A stretch of DNA of 64,000 nt from a virus. Taxonomy: Duplodnaviria > Caudoviricetes. This document shows positions 38,701 through 48,452 of the stretch, piece by piece. The position numbers and the translations under genes are program-made. The notes under the pieces were generated by a model that had not been told where the DNA came from, searched no databases, and saw nothing but the letters and a program-made list of their open reading frames with translations. Position 1 is the stretch's first letter. Each line of letters begins with the position of its first letter. The stretch lies in IMG/VR virus record IMGVR_UViG_2597489997_000001, positions 128,001-192,000 of that record; one strand, written 5' to 3'.

Positions 38701-39153
38701 ATGTTTAAAGCAATTTGGAAAGGCGTTAAGTGGTTCTTCAAGCAACCGGATGATTCCAAACTTCCGGTACGCGGAAAACCGATGTTCTCCCAACCAGGTC
38801 AGGTTCCTCGTGTAGGAACTAACATCCCAGTCAACCGTAATGTTGAAGGACGGTTGGTTGCTGGTGAGAAAGAACAAGGGATTATGAGCTCTTATGCTCA
38901 AATGGTTGCTCTGACCAATTCTGACACGCAAGCTATTGAGCTGGCTCAGTCTAAACGTTTTGGTCCGCATGCATTAACCGAAGCTGAAATCGAGTACGTA
39001 CTGGAGAACTCCGATATCGCTCACCAAAAGGACAAAGTTATTAAGGCAATCAACCTGGCACTGAACTTCCAATATGCCCGCTATACCACGGTCATTGACG
39101 AAGCCATTGCAAAGATTGATGCCGTTATCGAGCAGCCTTCTGTAGATAAATAA
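38701..39153 (+). CDS. Hypothetical protein
   Basis: GAGG RBS, 150 aa. Confidence 0.75.
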   Translation: MFKAIWKGVKWFFKQPDDSKLPVRGKPMFSQPGQVPRVGTNIPVNRNVEGRLVAGEKEQGIMSSYAQMVALTNSDTQAIELAQSKRFGPHALTEAEIEYVLENSDIAHQKDKVIKAINLALNFQYARYTTVIDEAIAKIDAVIEQPSVDK

Positions 39154-39181
39154 CTTTCCAGTTTTAAAGCACTAAAATCAG

Positions 39182-39213
39182 GATAGGGTGGTGAAATACC
39201 ACTCTATCTTTTT
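39182..39213 (+). terminator. Intrinsic terminator
   Basis: GATAGGGTGGT-GAAAT-ACCACTCTATC + TTTTT. Confidence 0.75.
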
Positions 39214-39249
39214 CCCACCTATTCTTTTTAATTTGTAAGGATTAGTGTA

Positions 39250-40686
39250 ATGACTAAGAAAGTAAAGAACAGTTCTCAGCCCGGTAGCCTGAATAAAGCG
39301 CTCCCTGAGAAAGCAAAGAAGGCCGTTGATACCATCGTTGACGATATTAAAAAGGCTGATGGCGAACTGGACAACAGCCAAGACTCGTTTGGGTTTGGTG
39401 GTATTACGGTTGAAGCTAAACCAGCTAAGCCATTCGAAGCGACCGTCGTTGAGCCTGTGAATATCCCGCAGCGGTTTTCCAAATATGGCCGTCGTGTTGA
39501 CATAACCAGAAAGCCAGAACTTATCGTGGGTGGTAAGGAAATCGAGCTGGTTGTATTAAAACCGGAAGAGTATCCGCGTGCTCTCAGCAGTACGTTCTAT
39601 AACCACGATAAAGACAATATCCTGGTTGCTCCTCGTGATACATCCAAGCACTCTGTAGCACATCCAGGTTGCACTCTCGAGCGTAAAGACTTAAAGGTTT
39701 ATAAGGCCATTGTCAATGGTACTGAAATCTTTATGACCGCAGGTTCTTCTCTGATCGTTAAGGAAACTGTCGTCAAAAATGGCTGCTCTGACCCGTGGGA
39801 TCTTGAAGAAGGATTTAATTCCACTTCTATCAAAGATCAAGACCCAGTCCTGGTTCTTATTGGTTCGGAATTAACCACCAGTTTATTGAACGTCAACGGG
39901 TATAACTTGTTGAACAACTCTTCTCTGGAGTCCAAGACAACATACCTGATGAATTCTCGTGTGATTGCGTCCCGTCTCCACTCTGAAGAGACGATTGACC
40001 TGGATAGCACCAACCTGAACTCCAGCGTTATCTCTGGAACTAAATGGTTGCGTTCTTCTAAGTCTGACTTGGCGTTACTTAACCTCGGGGGTATCCGACA
40101 TATTACTCTCGAGCGGGTTTCTACACGCGGTGATGGTTCGTTCTCTCTGACGACGTGGGCTAATAAAGACCGCTTATCTTTGCGCATTGCCGATATCACA
40201 CTGACAGAATTCAATATGAACTTCTCGTCTGATGATCTGCCGCTGGATAAGAACACCGGACCTGATACGGTAATCAACATTAACCGTCGCGTAGACTATG
40301 GTTACTTCTCGGGGATTATCCACGTTCCATTCATCCGTATCAATAAGTTTGATATGCTGGTTGGTGATAACGTGTTTACTGGTAAAGAGCTGAATCCGAC
40401 TTCCTTCCCTCAAGAAGAGAAGAAAGAAGAACTACTGCCAAATCCGAGCCCGTACGGTTATACTCCTCCTCTGTATCGCCCTGCCCCTTACTCTATGGGT
40501 GGAGCGCGTATGGATGATACCTGGAACAAAGCACGGAAGATCATTTCGTTCCAGGCTGCTGGTCATAACTATTCTGGTAAACAGAACCCACTGGGAACAC
40601 TGGGGGAATCATTGGTTGACACATTAGTCGATCAGATTCGTTCCCGTAACAAACTGTATATTGAACTGTTTTCATTTGTAAAGTAA
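39250..40686 (+). CDS. Hypothetical protein with Ser/Asn/Leu-rich possible beta-solenoid segment
   Basis: 478 aa; LNNSSLES/LMNSRVIAS/LNSSVISG short repeats. Confidence 0.75.
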   Translation: MTKKVKNSSQPGSLNKALPEKAKKAVDTIVDDIKKADGELDNSQDSFGFGGITVEAKPAKPFEATVVEPVNIPQRFSKYGRRVDITRKPELIVGGKEIELVVLKPEEYPRALSSTFYNHDKDNILVAPRDTSKHSVAHPGCTLERKDLKVYKAIVNGTEIFMTAGSSLIVKETVVKNGCSDPWDLEEGFNSTSIKDQDPVLVLIGSELTTSLLNVNGYNLLNNSSLESKTTYLMNSRVIASRLHSEETIDLDSTNLNSSVISGTKWLRSSKSDLALLNLGGIRHITLERVSTRGDGSFSLTTWANKDRLSLRIADITLTEFNMNFSSDDLPLDKNTGPDTVININRRVDYGYFSGIIHVPFIRINKFDMLVGDNVFTGKELNPTSFPQEEKKEELLPNPSPYGYTPPLYRPAPYSMGGARMDDTWNKARKIISFQAAGHNYSGKQNPLGTLGESLVDTLVDQIRSRNKLYIELFSFVK

Positions 40687-40698
40687 GAGAGGTGCATT

Positions 40699-41379
40699 AT
40701 GGAGGCTATTAACAAATTAGTCGCTGAGGAGCTGACTAAGCTAATGCATAGCTTCGGCAACCTGTTCATACATGTTTCGGGTGAGGGTAAGATTGACTTC
40801 CTCCAGAAAGATGGGCCAGGTTGGTTAGGGATGATTAAGTACGTAGTCTCTGGGGATATCGGGTGTATGAAACCTTATAAGGGTTACGACACCTGCGCAC
40901 TTGATCAAGCGATTGATTATCTGCTTAACCTGGAATACGCTCCTCACTTAAACTCATCCGCTAACGAAGAGTTTCTGCCTGATGATGAAACATGGAAGAA
41001 ATTCATCATGGACATTAAGGAAGAATGTTCTTATCAGGGACATCCAAAGCCGAAGTATAAGTTCGAGCTGTTAGGTGGTGATGACGGTAAAACTGTCGTG
41101 ACTACTGTCACACTTGAACCTATCTGCAATGAGTTCATTGTGGGTGAATACAAGGCAAGTCAGAAAGCTGAATTCATCGGAGAGATCGATGATTACGACC
41201 AGCCGAAGATTAATGGGTGTTGGGTGAAGGTTGGTGATAAGATTATCGATATTGAACTCGATAAACTGATTCATTTCCGCCACCGTAAATATCAGCCTCG
41301 TAAAGGGGACTATCTCCTGCACGATGAGAGTAAAGGTGTTTACATCATCCTTCCTCAAGCAGACTACTCAATCCACTAA
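40699..41379 (+). CDS. Hypothetical protein
   Basis: GAGG RBS, 226 aa. Confidence 0.75.
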   Translation: MEAINKLVAEELTKLMHSFGNLFIHVSGEGKIDFLQKDGPGWLGMIKYVVSGDIGCMKPYKGYDTCALDQAIDYLLNLEYAPHLNSSANEEFLPDDETWKKFIMDIKEECSYQGHPKPKYKFELLGGDDGKTVVTTVTLEPICNEFIVGEYKASQKAEFIGEIDDYDQPKINGCWVKVGDKIIDIELDKLIHFRHRKYQPRKGDYLLHDESKGVYIILPQADYSIH

Positions 41380-41386
41380 CGCATAC

Positions 41387-41414
41387 GGTAAGAGGGGCTT
41401 CGGCTCCTCTTACC
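41387..41414 (+). terminator. cUUCGg hairpin followed by TATGTTTT
   Basis: GGTAAGAGGGGC-TTCG-GCTCCTCTTACC. Confidence 0.75.
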
Positions 41415-41445
41415 TATGTTTTCATTTGAATTATTTTTTAGCTCT

Positions 41446-41464
41446 ACATTATTAGAGTGTATAA
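41446..41464 (+). promoter_or_regulatory. Putative phage early promoter
   Basis: ACATTATT-AGAG-TGTATAA. Confidence 0.6.
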
Positions 41465-41500
41465 CTGATACAATTTTACTTACTTATAGAGAAAGGAATT

Positions 41501-41878
41501 ATGAATAATTGGACCCCGACCAAAATGGTTTCTGCATTAGCTGATGAAGAACATAAGCTGTATCCCCATCATTTAATTACTGCTGCACAAAACACGACCG
41601 TGGTTAATCCTATCGTCGATCATGCATTCTTCTACAACATCTCTAATCCGCCAGCGTCAGAAATGGAAAATCACTCTGTGGTGGCCAAACGTATGGCTGA
41701 GATTGAAGAACAGTTGACTGGATTTACTCCCGATGATAAAGTTCGGACATTATCAGACTTGCGTGATTTCTTCTACAAGCGTCTGTGTCGTGCTCAGCAT
41801 TCTGGCATCCAAGCTGCGGTAGTAGAATGTCGTAACCTGTTACAAGCAACTCGTTTAGTTGAAACTTCACTGCTGTAA
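41501..41878 (+). CDS. Hypothetical protein
   Basis: AAAGGA RBS, 125 aa. Confidence 0.75.
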   Translation: MNNWTPTKMVSALADEEHKLYPHHLITAAQNTTVVNPIVDHAFFYNISNPPASEMENHSVVAKRMAEIEEQLTGFTPDDKVRTLSDLRDFFYKRLCRAQHSGIQAAVVECRNLLQATRLVETSLL

Positions 41879-41919
41879 TTCGTAGTACCCTAACCCACCC
41901 TTATATAGAGAGATTAAAT

Positions 41920-43053
41920 ATGAACACTTTCAATTCCCAACGTTGTGACTACATCGAAGTTCTGAACTCTTATCTGATCGAAGCAAACTCTGAAGAGACA
42001 GAGTACGATGTAGATGCAATCCGTGTTCGTCTCAACTTCTGCCAGCAACTGACTGGCGAACAGTTCATGTTGAACAAAGATTATTTACTGAATACCCACC
42101 CAGCTCTGCTGTGCAAAGGTCTGATGGGTGTTCTTCTTCCAAACCTGCCAGGTACCGCTGTAAACCCACGTATCACCACATACGGTTGTGGGGTCGATAT
42201 TGACGGTGACTTCAATATCCACGGTGATTTGGTTATTGGGGTTGATAAAGCATTTGAGGCCAATAATCATATCTCTGCCAGAATTCAAGCGCTGGACCTT
42301 CTGTTTAATTCAGATGCACAGTTTACCGGTTATCCTTTATACCCTAGTGATTGCGCTCCACGTATGTCAATGTACGGTGGAAACAGAATGACTGGTGAAA
42401 GTGAGCGTCGTGACCCACGTGACATTTTCCATAAAGGTTTCGATGTTTCAGAACTGAACCTCGGTGGTGATTTGGTTAACTTGTTTACTCACGTTCCGAA
42501 CCCATTCCCTAAAACAGATATTGTCGGAATGATTGCTCGTAAACATCCTGAGCTTGCTCAAACACGCATGCATCTGGATATGGAGATGCCAATCAGCGAT
42601 GGCACTAAGAACGTCATGGATGCCGTTGTAGCACGTCATTACATGTCTGAGTTCTCCCAGGCCATCGAAGAAGCTGTTGCCCTTCCTGGCCTTGATAAAG
42701 AAATCAAGACTGGGCTCTCCTTAGTGAGCGAAGTGATCAATAAACATTTCTCCGGTCTTGCCATGGACAAAGAGATCCCGAATGAACCAATCTCTATGGT
42801 TCAGATGTGTTCCTTGAAACATCATCCTTCTGTTGTTAACGAACAATATCGTTCAAAGGCGTTCCTCAACGTTATGCCTGCTGAACATGCTGAGAAGTTA
42901 ATGAAGAACATGCAAGTCATGCTGAACCTCATGAGTGAGCAAGATGACCCTGAGTATTACGAATCAGTCAAAACGGAAATTAAGCGTCTCCGTTATATCG
43001 CTGAAGGGGCAATCAAGTCTCATCGTGACGTAAACAGCAAATGGGTTGATTGA
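41920..43053 (+). CDS. Hypothetical protein
   Basis: 377 aa. Confidence 0.75.
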   Translation: MNTFNSQRCDYIEVLNSYLIEANSEETEYDVDAIRVRLNFCQQLTGEQFMLNKDYLLNTHPALLCKGLMGVLLPNLPGTAVNPRITTYGCGVDIDGDFNIHGDLVIGVDKAFEANNHISARIQALDLLFNSDAQFTGYPLYPSDCAPRMSMYGGNRMTGESERRDPRDIFHKGFDVSELNLGGDLVNLFTHVPNPFPKTDIVGMIARKHPELAQTRMHLDMEMPISDGTKNVMDAVVARHYMSEFSQAIEEAVALPGLDKEIKTGLSLVSEVINKHFSGLAMDKEIPNEPISMVQMCSLKHHPSVVNEQYRSKAFLNVMPAEHAEKLMKNMQVMLNLMSEQDDPEYYESVKTEIKRLRYIAEGAIKSHRDVNSKWVD

Positions 43054-43091
43054 TTCAACCCACTTAACCATTTAGTACAGAGGAAAGTAAA

Positions 43092-43895
43092 ATGAACAAC
43101 AACTTTAACTATTATCACAATTCTGGGTTTGGTACGCTTTACATGAACGAAATGTTTGGTCGCTCATCTATCGGTACCAGTCGTCTTCTCGACTGTGTTA
43201 ATATTATCACCAGTGGGATACACAAAACAGTTACTGATAACTTCAACGTTATTGTGAGTACAATGGGTCGTCCCGAGGCTGTTGCTATTTTCCTCAACAA
43301 CTTGGAAAGGGCCACTGACCGTGACCGACTCACGTATATTGAACAATCAGTGGCTCATCTTCGTGGTGAGGGCGTTCTCAGAAAAGAGGAGTCTAAATGG
43401 GGTGCGGATCTCTTTGAGGGGGATTACATGGAGAACTTGGCTAAGTCTCCTAAACTGGTCTCCATGTTAGCGCTGGTAACAATAAGTCGTACCATAACAG
43501 ATCCTAACAACCCAGTTATTAAACTCCGTATCAAACTGGCCGAAGACTACAACAACGGCAACAAGGTTCATTTGAATCCAGTAGACGATCAACGTGATAA
43601 GCTAACCAGTCTGAAAACCATTCTTAAAGAGGGTGGTCGTAATACTCGTATGCGGAAAGCCACAATAACAGCTCGTTGGATTGAGGTCATTAAGATTTAT
43701 GTTGACCTGAAGAAAGAGATGTTGAAGAACTCATTGGAAAAGACCATCTGGTTGAAAGATGAGAAAGCGAAAATCGATTCTGATCCTAAACTTCGTGCTG
43801 GTGTACGAGACCTGGTCGACGATATTGAAGATCTGATCCGGTTCACTGATGAACTCCCAGAAGAAGTGTTAGAAGTATTCCGTAAAGCAATCTAA
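43092..43895 (+). CDS. Hypothetical protein
   Basis: GAGGA RBS, 267 aa. Confidence 0.75.
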   Translation: MNNNFNYYHNSGFGTLYMNEMFGRSSIGTSRLLDCVNIITSGIHKTVTDNFNVIVSTMGRPEAVAIFLNNLERATDRDRLTYIEQSVAHLRGEGVLRKEESKWGADLFEGDYMENLAKSPKLVSMLALVTISRTITDPNNPVIKLRIKLAEDYNNGNKVHLNPVDDQRDKLTSLKTILKEGGRNTRMRKATITARWIEVIKIYVDLKKEMLKNSLEKTIWLKDEKAKIDSDPKLRAGVRDLVDDIEDLIRFTDELPEEVLEVFRKAI

Positions 43896-43953
43896 CATTA
43901 CTTCACTCCCAATAACTCGTAAACAATTAAACCCATTAATTAAGGATTTAACC

Positions 43954-44391
43954 ATGACTAAGATTAAAGCATCCACTCCAGACGTCGCTCCTAACAACCC
44001 GTTCAAAGATGTATTCGGTCCAGCAGCGGCAGAGCGCAAACAACTGATCAATAAGATCAAAGGTATCCACGCTAAACGTAATGAACTGCGTGGCGTGTCT
44101 GGCACCAAAGAGCAGTGGAATGCTCTCACTAAAGAAATGCACTCTGTTCAGAACCGCATTAATGAACTGAACGTTCAACTGGGTATTGAGGTGAAAGTGT
44201 TCCCCGCTCCGGTGGATAAGAAACACTTCAATGAACAGAAAACTGGACGCTTGCGCACAGATCGTAAGCAAGGCGAATTCAAACATTACAAGGGTCGTCC
44301 ACAAGGTGGATTCAAACGTGGCGAGGCTATTGTAGTCGGTGCAGAAACTTCAGCTGACAAATCTCGGGTCACTGGTAATCTGAAGGACTAA
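43954..44391 (+). CDS. Basic hypothetical protein with coiled-coil hairpin
   Basis: TAAGGA RBS; K/R-rich. Confidence 0.75.
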   Translation: MTKIKASTPDVAPNNPFKDVFGPAAAERKQLINKIKGIHAKRNELRGVSGTKEQWNALTKEMHSVQNRINELNVQLGIEVKVFPAPVDKKHFNEQKTGRLRTDRKQGEFKHYKGRPQGGFKRGEAIVVGAETSADKSRVTGNLKD

Positions 44392-44395
44392 CAGG

Positions 44396-44416
44396 TAGGG
44401 GGAGGAAACTCCCCTA
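44396..44416 (+). terminator. Probable terminator
   Basis: TAGGGGGAG-GAAA-CTCCCCTA + T-rich tract. Confidence 0.6.
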
Positions 44417-44490
44417 TTATTTTGTTTGATCAAAGGGCGGTTAATCACTTCCCTTTTATGAAACAAACCTAACAATATAGAGAGGTCATT

Positions 44491-44925
44491 ATGTTCCAGA
44501 TTCGTAAGGTTCAAATTAGTAAAGACGGAACTGCAATGTCCGTCCCTGGTCGTAACTTAGCCGAGATCGTTACTATCTTGGTTACTATCAATAACCACAT
44601 CCAAGCCTGGTCAACCGAATTCAGTCATGACTTCGATGTTAGGATCAGTACTGGGTTTGAGTGGAACGAGAAGATTGAAAACAAGTTCTCTCGTAAAGCT
44701 CCCGTCAGGTACATTCGTATTTGGGGTAAGTATCCAGATGACCTAACTCAGGGTTATCGTACTGTTATCGGCATTGAACTGGAAACGCACACCGGAAGGA
44801 AACACCTGGTCATGTTTAACGACCTGCAATTCCCAGAAGTACGTGATACCATCGAAAAGCTGTATAAACGTTTTCATAGCGAGTTGATGAAAAATGACAT
44901 TGAACGAGCACAAGAAAGAAGTTGA
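44491..44925 (+). CDS. Hypothetical protein (paralog of 47041 gene)
   Basis: VPG...I...APVRYIRI vs VPG...I...APVKSIRV. Confidence 0.75.
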   Translation: MFQIRKVQISKDGTAMSVPGRNLAEIVTILVTINNHIQAWSTEFSHDFDVRISTGFEWNEKIENKFSRKAPVRYIRIWGKYPDDLTQGYRTVIGIELETHTGRKHLVMFNDLQFPEVRDTIEKLYKRFHSELMKNDIERAQERS

Positions 44926-45109
44926 GGCTTTGCTAGCTCATGCTAAACGTTACGGTGATTACCAAGGTATTACCGAACATGAACAGCTTCTCTCTGACTT
45001 AGAGAAGTTAACTGAATCCGAATATGCTTCTTATATCAAAGTAAGAAAAATGTTCGGGGCTAACAGTGTCAAACCTATAGTAAGGATTCCCAATGCCAAT
45101 GGCACTTAG
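44894..45109 (+). CDS. Hypothetical protein
   Basis: 71 aa, overlapping operon packing. Confidence 0.6.
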   Translation: MTLNEHKKEVEALLAHAKRYGDYQGITEHEQLLSDLEKLTESEYASYIKVRKMFGANSVKPIVRIPNANGT

Positions 45110-45296
45110 CAGAAAAGAGGTTGTTCTTATTCTTCGTCATAAATCCAAGACGTCCAAGAATAGAACAATGTCTCAAATGTTTGATTTGGAAGCAAACCGA
45201 ATTGAACGTATGGATGACAAAGAGTTCGAAGCATTTGCTAAGGACTTTGTCGGTAAGCAAAATCAAACCACTGTAACTAAAAGGACAACACGATGA
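45093..45296 (+). CDS. Hypothetical protein
   Basis: TAAGGA RBS, 67 aa. Confidence 0.65.
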   Translation: MPMALSRKEVVLILRHKSKTSKNRTMSQMFDLEANRIERMDDKEFEAFAKDFVGKQNQTTVTKRTTR

Positions 45297-45652
45297 AACA
45301 TGTTCGCTATCTGGATCAGGATTTAGGTACTCCTCTTCCACCTGCTCCAAAGGAAGATTGTTGGGATGCGCTTTTCAAAGGTGGGTTGTCTAAGGCTAAG
45401 AAGATCGATCTCTTCTATAAGCTCCAATCTCAGAAAGAAGCTTCTGAAGGTAATACCCGTCCGACTAACACAATTGAACGTCGTTTGATTGCCAAGCTGT
45501 TTAGTCGTAAGGCTCAAGCCATATGGATGAACTGTACTCTGCGTATCTATGATTACAGAAATGCTAATCTTCGTCCATCAGAAGTTGACATCCGTATTAT
45601 CAACAAGTTATTTGATAATCACGGGGCAATGATCAAGGCTGGTACCATCTAA
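45293..45652 (+). CDS. Hypothetical protein
   Basis: ATGA overlap, AAGGA RBS. Confidence 0.7.
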   Translation: MKHVRYLDQDLGTPLPPAPKEDCWDALFKGGLSKAKKIDLFYKLQSQKEASEGNTRPTNTIERRLIAKLFSRKAQAIWMNCTLRIYDYRNANLRPSEVDIRIINKLFDNHGAMIKAGTI

Positions 45653-45705
45653 CTCCGTATTACCGTAGTACCTCATTAACCATTTTAACCAAGAAGGAAA
45701 ATATC

Positions 45706-46335
45706 ATGGCTGCTAACAAGAAATCCCCACGTAAGAAAGGTTCTGCAACTCGTCGTCGTTCTGTACACATCACCAACGTGATGAACCATGCAATCAACCG
45801 CTTTTACATGATGGGCGATATGAACCATGATCCCATGTCGTTTCACACTAGTGAAATCAACATGTATTTGAAAGGACTTGACCTTTCTATCGCTTTGCAA
45901 GAATTGACCAAATTCTTTTACGCTGAACGTCGTGAATGGATTCTTGGTGTTTACCACTTCTTTAAAGTGGACGGGAGCATTCAAGTTGTTCCTACGGAAG
46001 TCATCATTCAGGACGCACTGCTGAATGAAGTAGCCGATGCAGTAGAGGGTCATATTAAGACTCTGAAAGAATCTATCATCGATGTTGATGATGACCACAC
46101 CGAGGAGAACTACTTCTTCTACGGGTACTACATCAACTTCGGTAACGGGTTAAATATGCCCGCTATGGAAGAGGATATCATCCAGGCATTCTTTAAAGTT
46201 AACAATGACCTGAGTGATGTTAAACCAGAAGTGTGCGAGTGTAACGCTGAGAAAGTTCTTCGTGCCATTGCAGGTGAGAAATTCTCCCTGACCAACTCCA
46301 ACGCTTTAGTAAGCACAATGAAAGAGGTTGTATAA
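45706..46335 (+). CDS. Hypothetical protein with basic N-terminal tail
   Basis: AAGGA RBS, 209 aa. Confidence 0.75.
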   Translation: MAANKKSPRKKGSATRRRSVHITNVMNHAINRFYMMGDMNHDPMSFHTSEINMYLKGLDLSIALQELTKFFYAERREWILGVYHFFKVDGSIQVVPTEVIIQDALLNEVADAVEGHIKTLKESIIDVDDDHTEENYFFYGYYINFGNGLNMPAMEEDIIQAFFKVNNDLSDVKPEVCECNAEKVLRAIAGEKFSLTNSNALVSTMKEVV

Positions 46336-46673
46336 TGAGCAAGATGAAACTGGTATTCACCGCATACGAAGAACGCTGGGATAACTTCACTGTTGATGTC
46401 GTAATCAAAGCCACTCTGAATGGCGTTGAGTTGGACGCTACTTCTTTACCTATGTCGCACAAGCGTGCGACTACTGAAGTGGTTAACCGGGCTGCTATGA
46501 GCCAAATTCAAGACATCGTGGAACAATCCATCAAACGTCTGGGAATGCAGCCCTCTGATTATGACCGTAATCTGACTGACATGTTGAAACAGTTCGAAGT
46601 GTTCTTACACCAGGACTTCCGTGATCAATGTTCAGAATACGAAATCCCTTTCAAACATTTACTTGCCGCTTAA
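46335..46673 (+). CDS. Hypothetical protein (tandem paralog of next gene)
   Basis: L.FT..E....(A)TLNG..L motif. Confidence 0.75.
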   Translation: MSKMKLVFTAYEERWDNFTVDVVIKATLNGVELDATSLPMSHKRATTEVVNRAAMSQIQDIVEQSIKRLGMQPSDYDRNLTDMLKQFEVFLHQDFRDQCSEYEIPFKHLLAA

Positions 46674-46690
46674 CTTAGAAGGAAAGCGAA

Positions 46691-47041
46691 ATGAAACAGA
46701 CTCTTATCTTTACTGACTTCATCGAAAACATCGAACCTAATCGTTACAGTGTCGAAATGCTGGCTACTCTCAACGGTCACGTGTTAAAGTTCCTTTCTCC
46801 GTATAACGCTGCTGATATCACCAAAGAGAAGAAGGATCAGATCTTCCGTGTAGGTCTGAACACTATCTTGTCTAACGCCATTGCTCATCAGCGCCTTACT
46901 GACGACACTGTGCCTTCGCCGGTTAATATGGCGATGCTGGATAAGTTTGGTATGTTCGATATCAAACAAACCGTTACTTTCAATAACGATCTGAATAAAG
47001 CCGGTCGTGATACTTCTATCCTGTTGGAAGGGATCTGGTAA
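46691..47041 (+). CDS. Hypothetical protein (tandem paralog of previous gene)
   Basis: LIFTDFIE...LATLNGHVL. Confidence 0.75.
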   Translation: MKQTLIFTDFIENIEPNRYSVEMLATLNGHVLKFLSPYNAADITKEKKDQIFRVGLNTILSNAIAHQRLTDDTVPSPVNMAMLDKFGMFDIKQTVTFNNDLNKAGRDTSILLEGIW

Positions 47042-47451
47042 TGGAAACTCGTGAATATCATTTACCTGGTGAATTTGATCTGCGTGTTCCTGGTGTAGAC
47101 AAACGTCAAATTTCTTATGTTATTGGGAAGATCGTCGCCATTCTCATAGAGATGGATAAAGCCGTAGAACAGAGGGCGTTTGGTGTATTTGAGCTTGTCC
47201 TTGATTTACTCCCGATCAAACCTACCCGAATCTATGGGTCGGCTCCTGTTAAATCGATAAGGGTCACTCTTAAGGAATCTGGGGATGGTAAGCGACTCGT
47301 GATTCTACTCGGAGTCCTGAATTGTGTTAACGTCAGAACGGAAGATTATTTCTACGTTGAAGATCTAAAGGCAATCAGGGGCAAACTGATCCGTCATAAT
47401 TTCAAATTAGAACGTGAACTTATGCTGGAGAAGGGGGACGAGGGGAGATAA
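47041..47451 (+). CDS. Hypothetical protein (paralog of 44491 gene)
   Basis: TAATG coupling; shared motifs. Confidence 0.7.
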   Translation: METREYHLPGEFDLRVPGVDKRQISYVIGKIVAILIEMDKAVEQRAFGVFELVLDLLPIKPTRIYGSAPVKSIRVTLKESGDGKRLVILLGVLNCVNVRTEDYFYVEDLKAIRGKLIRHNFKLERELMLEKGDEGR

Positions 47452-47452
47452 C

Positions 47453-48274
47453 ATGTTTGATTTCTTCAGACCTAAACCGATAAGTAAAAAGAAGCTCTTT
47501 GAGATTCATCATGGAACAACACGTTCCGTGATTCTCTTTCATAAGTGGGCAATTAAAATTCCTCACTTGAAATCATATAAGGGGTTCCTTAAGGGACTCC
47601 TTGCTAATATGACTGAACGGTCCATTTGGCATTGTTGTCCTAACTACTTTCTTCCGGTCATCTGGTCTATGCCATTGGGTCTGGTAGTGGTTATGCCGCG
47701 TGTCAAAGCAACCAAACAGGTTACTTGGTATTTACATGCGTTCATGGCCGATTTATTTCATGCTAACAACGATGATAACGATGAAGCCCTTAATGCAAGG
47801 CGGTATTGCGAATACATCCCAAGTAATGTGGCGATGTATAAAGGTAAACCCGTTTGTATTGATTATGGTACCTATATTCACCCCGACGTCACGGAAAAGG
47901 AACTAGACGGGGAGATGTATTATTTAAAGTTAAAGACCAGAAACCTCGTAGAGGAAAAGTTTGGTCCTCAGGACTGGAGTCATTATGGAAACCAAGAAAA
48001 TATTCTCGTTGTACAAGAATCCGCTGAGGTATGTTTGGAGCTATTGGATATTCCAACATTTACCGCTAATGTGGAAAGTAAGGATCGCAAACTTCCACAT
48101 GGATTACTGGCAATGGAAAAGGCAAACGAAGGATCGGTTATTCGGGTCTCTCGGCGTGGTAGTGCTCCAGGAAGTGAATCCCTGGGGGACAATAACGTTA
48201 TCCCACGGAACGTTCCGACTCAGAGACGTCCGATACCGGTTGAAGCGATCCAAACTACCGTGGTACTCAACTAA
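47453..48274 (+). CDS. Small protein-kinase-like fold protein; C-terminus probably over-extended by a lost stop
   Basis: G..R.V.....AIKIP, N..E, E/DxxxxN, IDYG motifs; start ATG 47453; last 290 nt overlap the next gene. Confidence 0.55.
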   Translation: MFDFFRPKPISKKKLFEIHHGTTRSVILFHKWAIKIPHLKSYKGFLKGLLANMTERSIWHCCPNYFLPVIWSMPLGLVVVMPRVKATKQVTWYLHAFMADLFHANNDDNDEALNARRYCEYIPSNVAMYKGKPVCIDYGTYIHPDVTEKELDGEMYYLKLKTRNLVEEKFGPQDWSHYGNQENILVVQESAEVCLELLDIPTFTANVESKDRKLPHGLLAMEKANEGSVIRVSRRGSAPGSESLGDNNVIPRNVPTQRRPIPVEAIQTTVVLN

Positions 48275-48452
48275 GACCGCTGTCGGTACGCAGTGTACGG
48301 ATGAGGAGGCTCATCCCATAAAGTTATCTGGTCACAATCAGTTAGCTAAGTTCCTGAATGAGCAGTTAAGAACTGTGGCTAATCAGAAACAACATCAAGA
48401 GCTGAAAGCTCAAATCGTAAATCACAAATTCAAGGAATACAATCATGACTAA
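47985..48452 (+). CDS. Hypothetical protein
   Basis: GGAG RBS, ATG 47985; coupled to the next gene. Confidence 0.7.
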   Translation: METKKIFSLYKNPLRYVWSYWIFQHLPLMWKVRIANFHMDYWQWKRQTKDRLFGSLGVVVLQEVNPWGTITLSHGTFRLRDVRYRLKRSKLPWYSTKTAVGTQCTDEEAHPIKLSGHNQLAKFLNEQLRTVANQKQHQELKAQIVNHKFKEYNHD

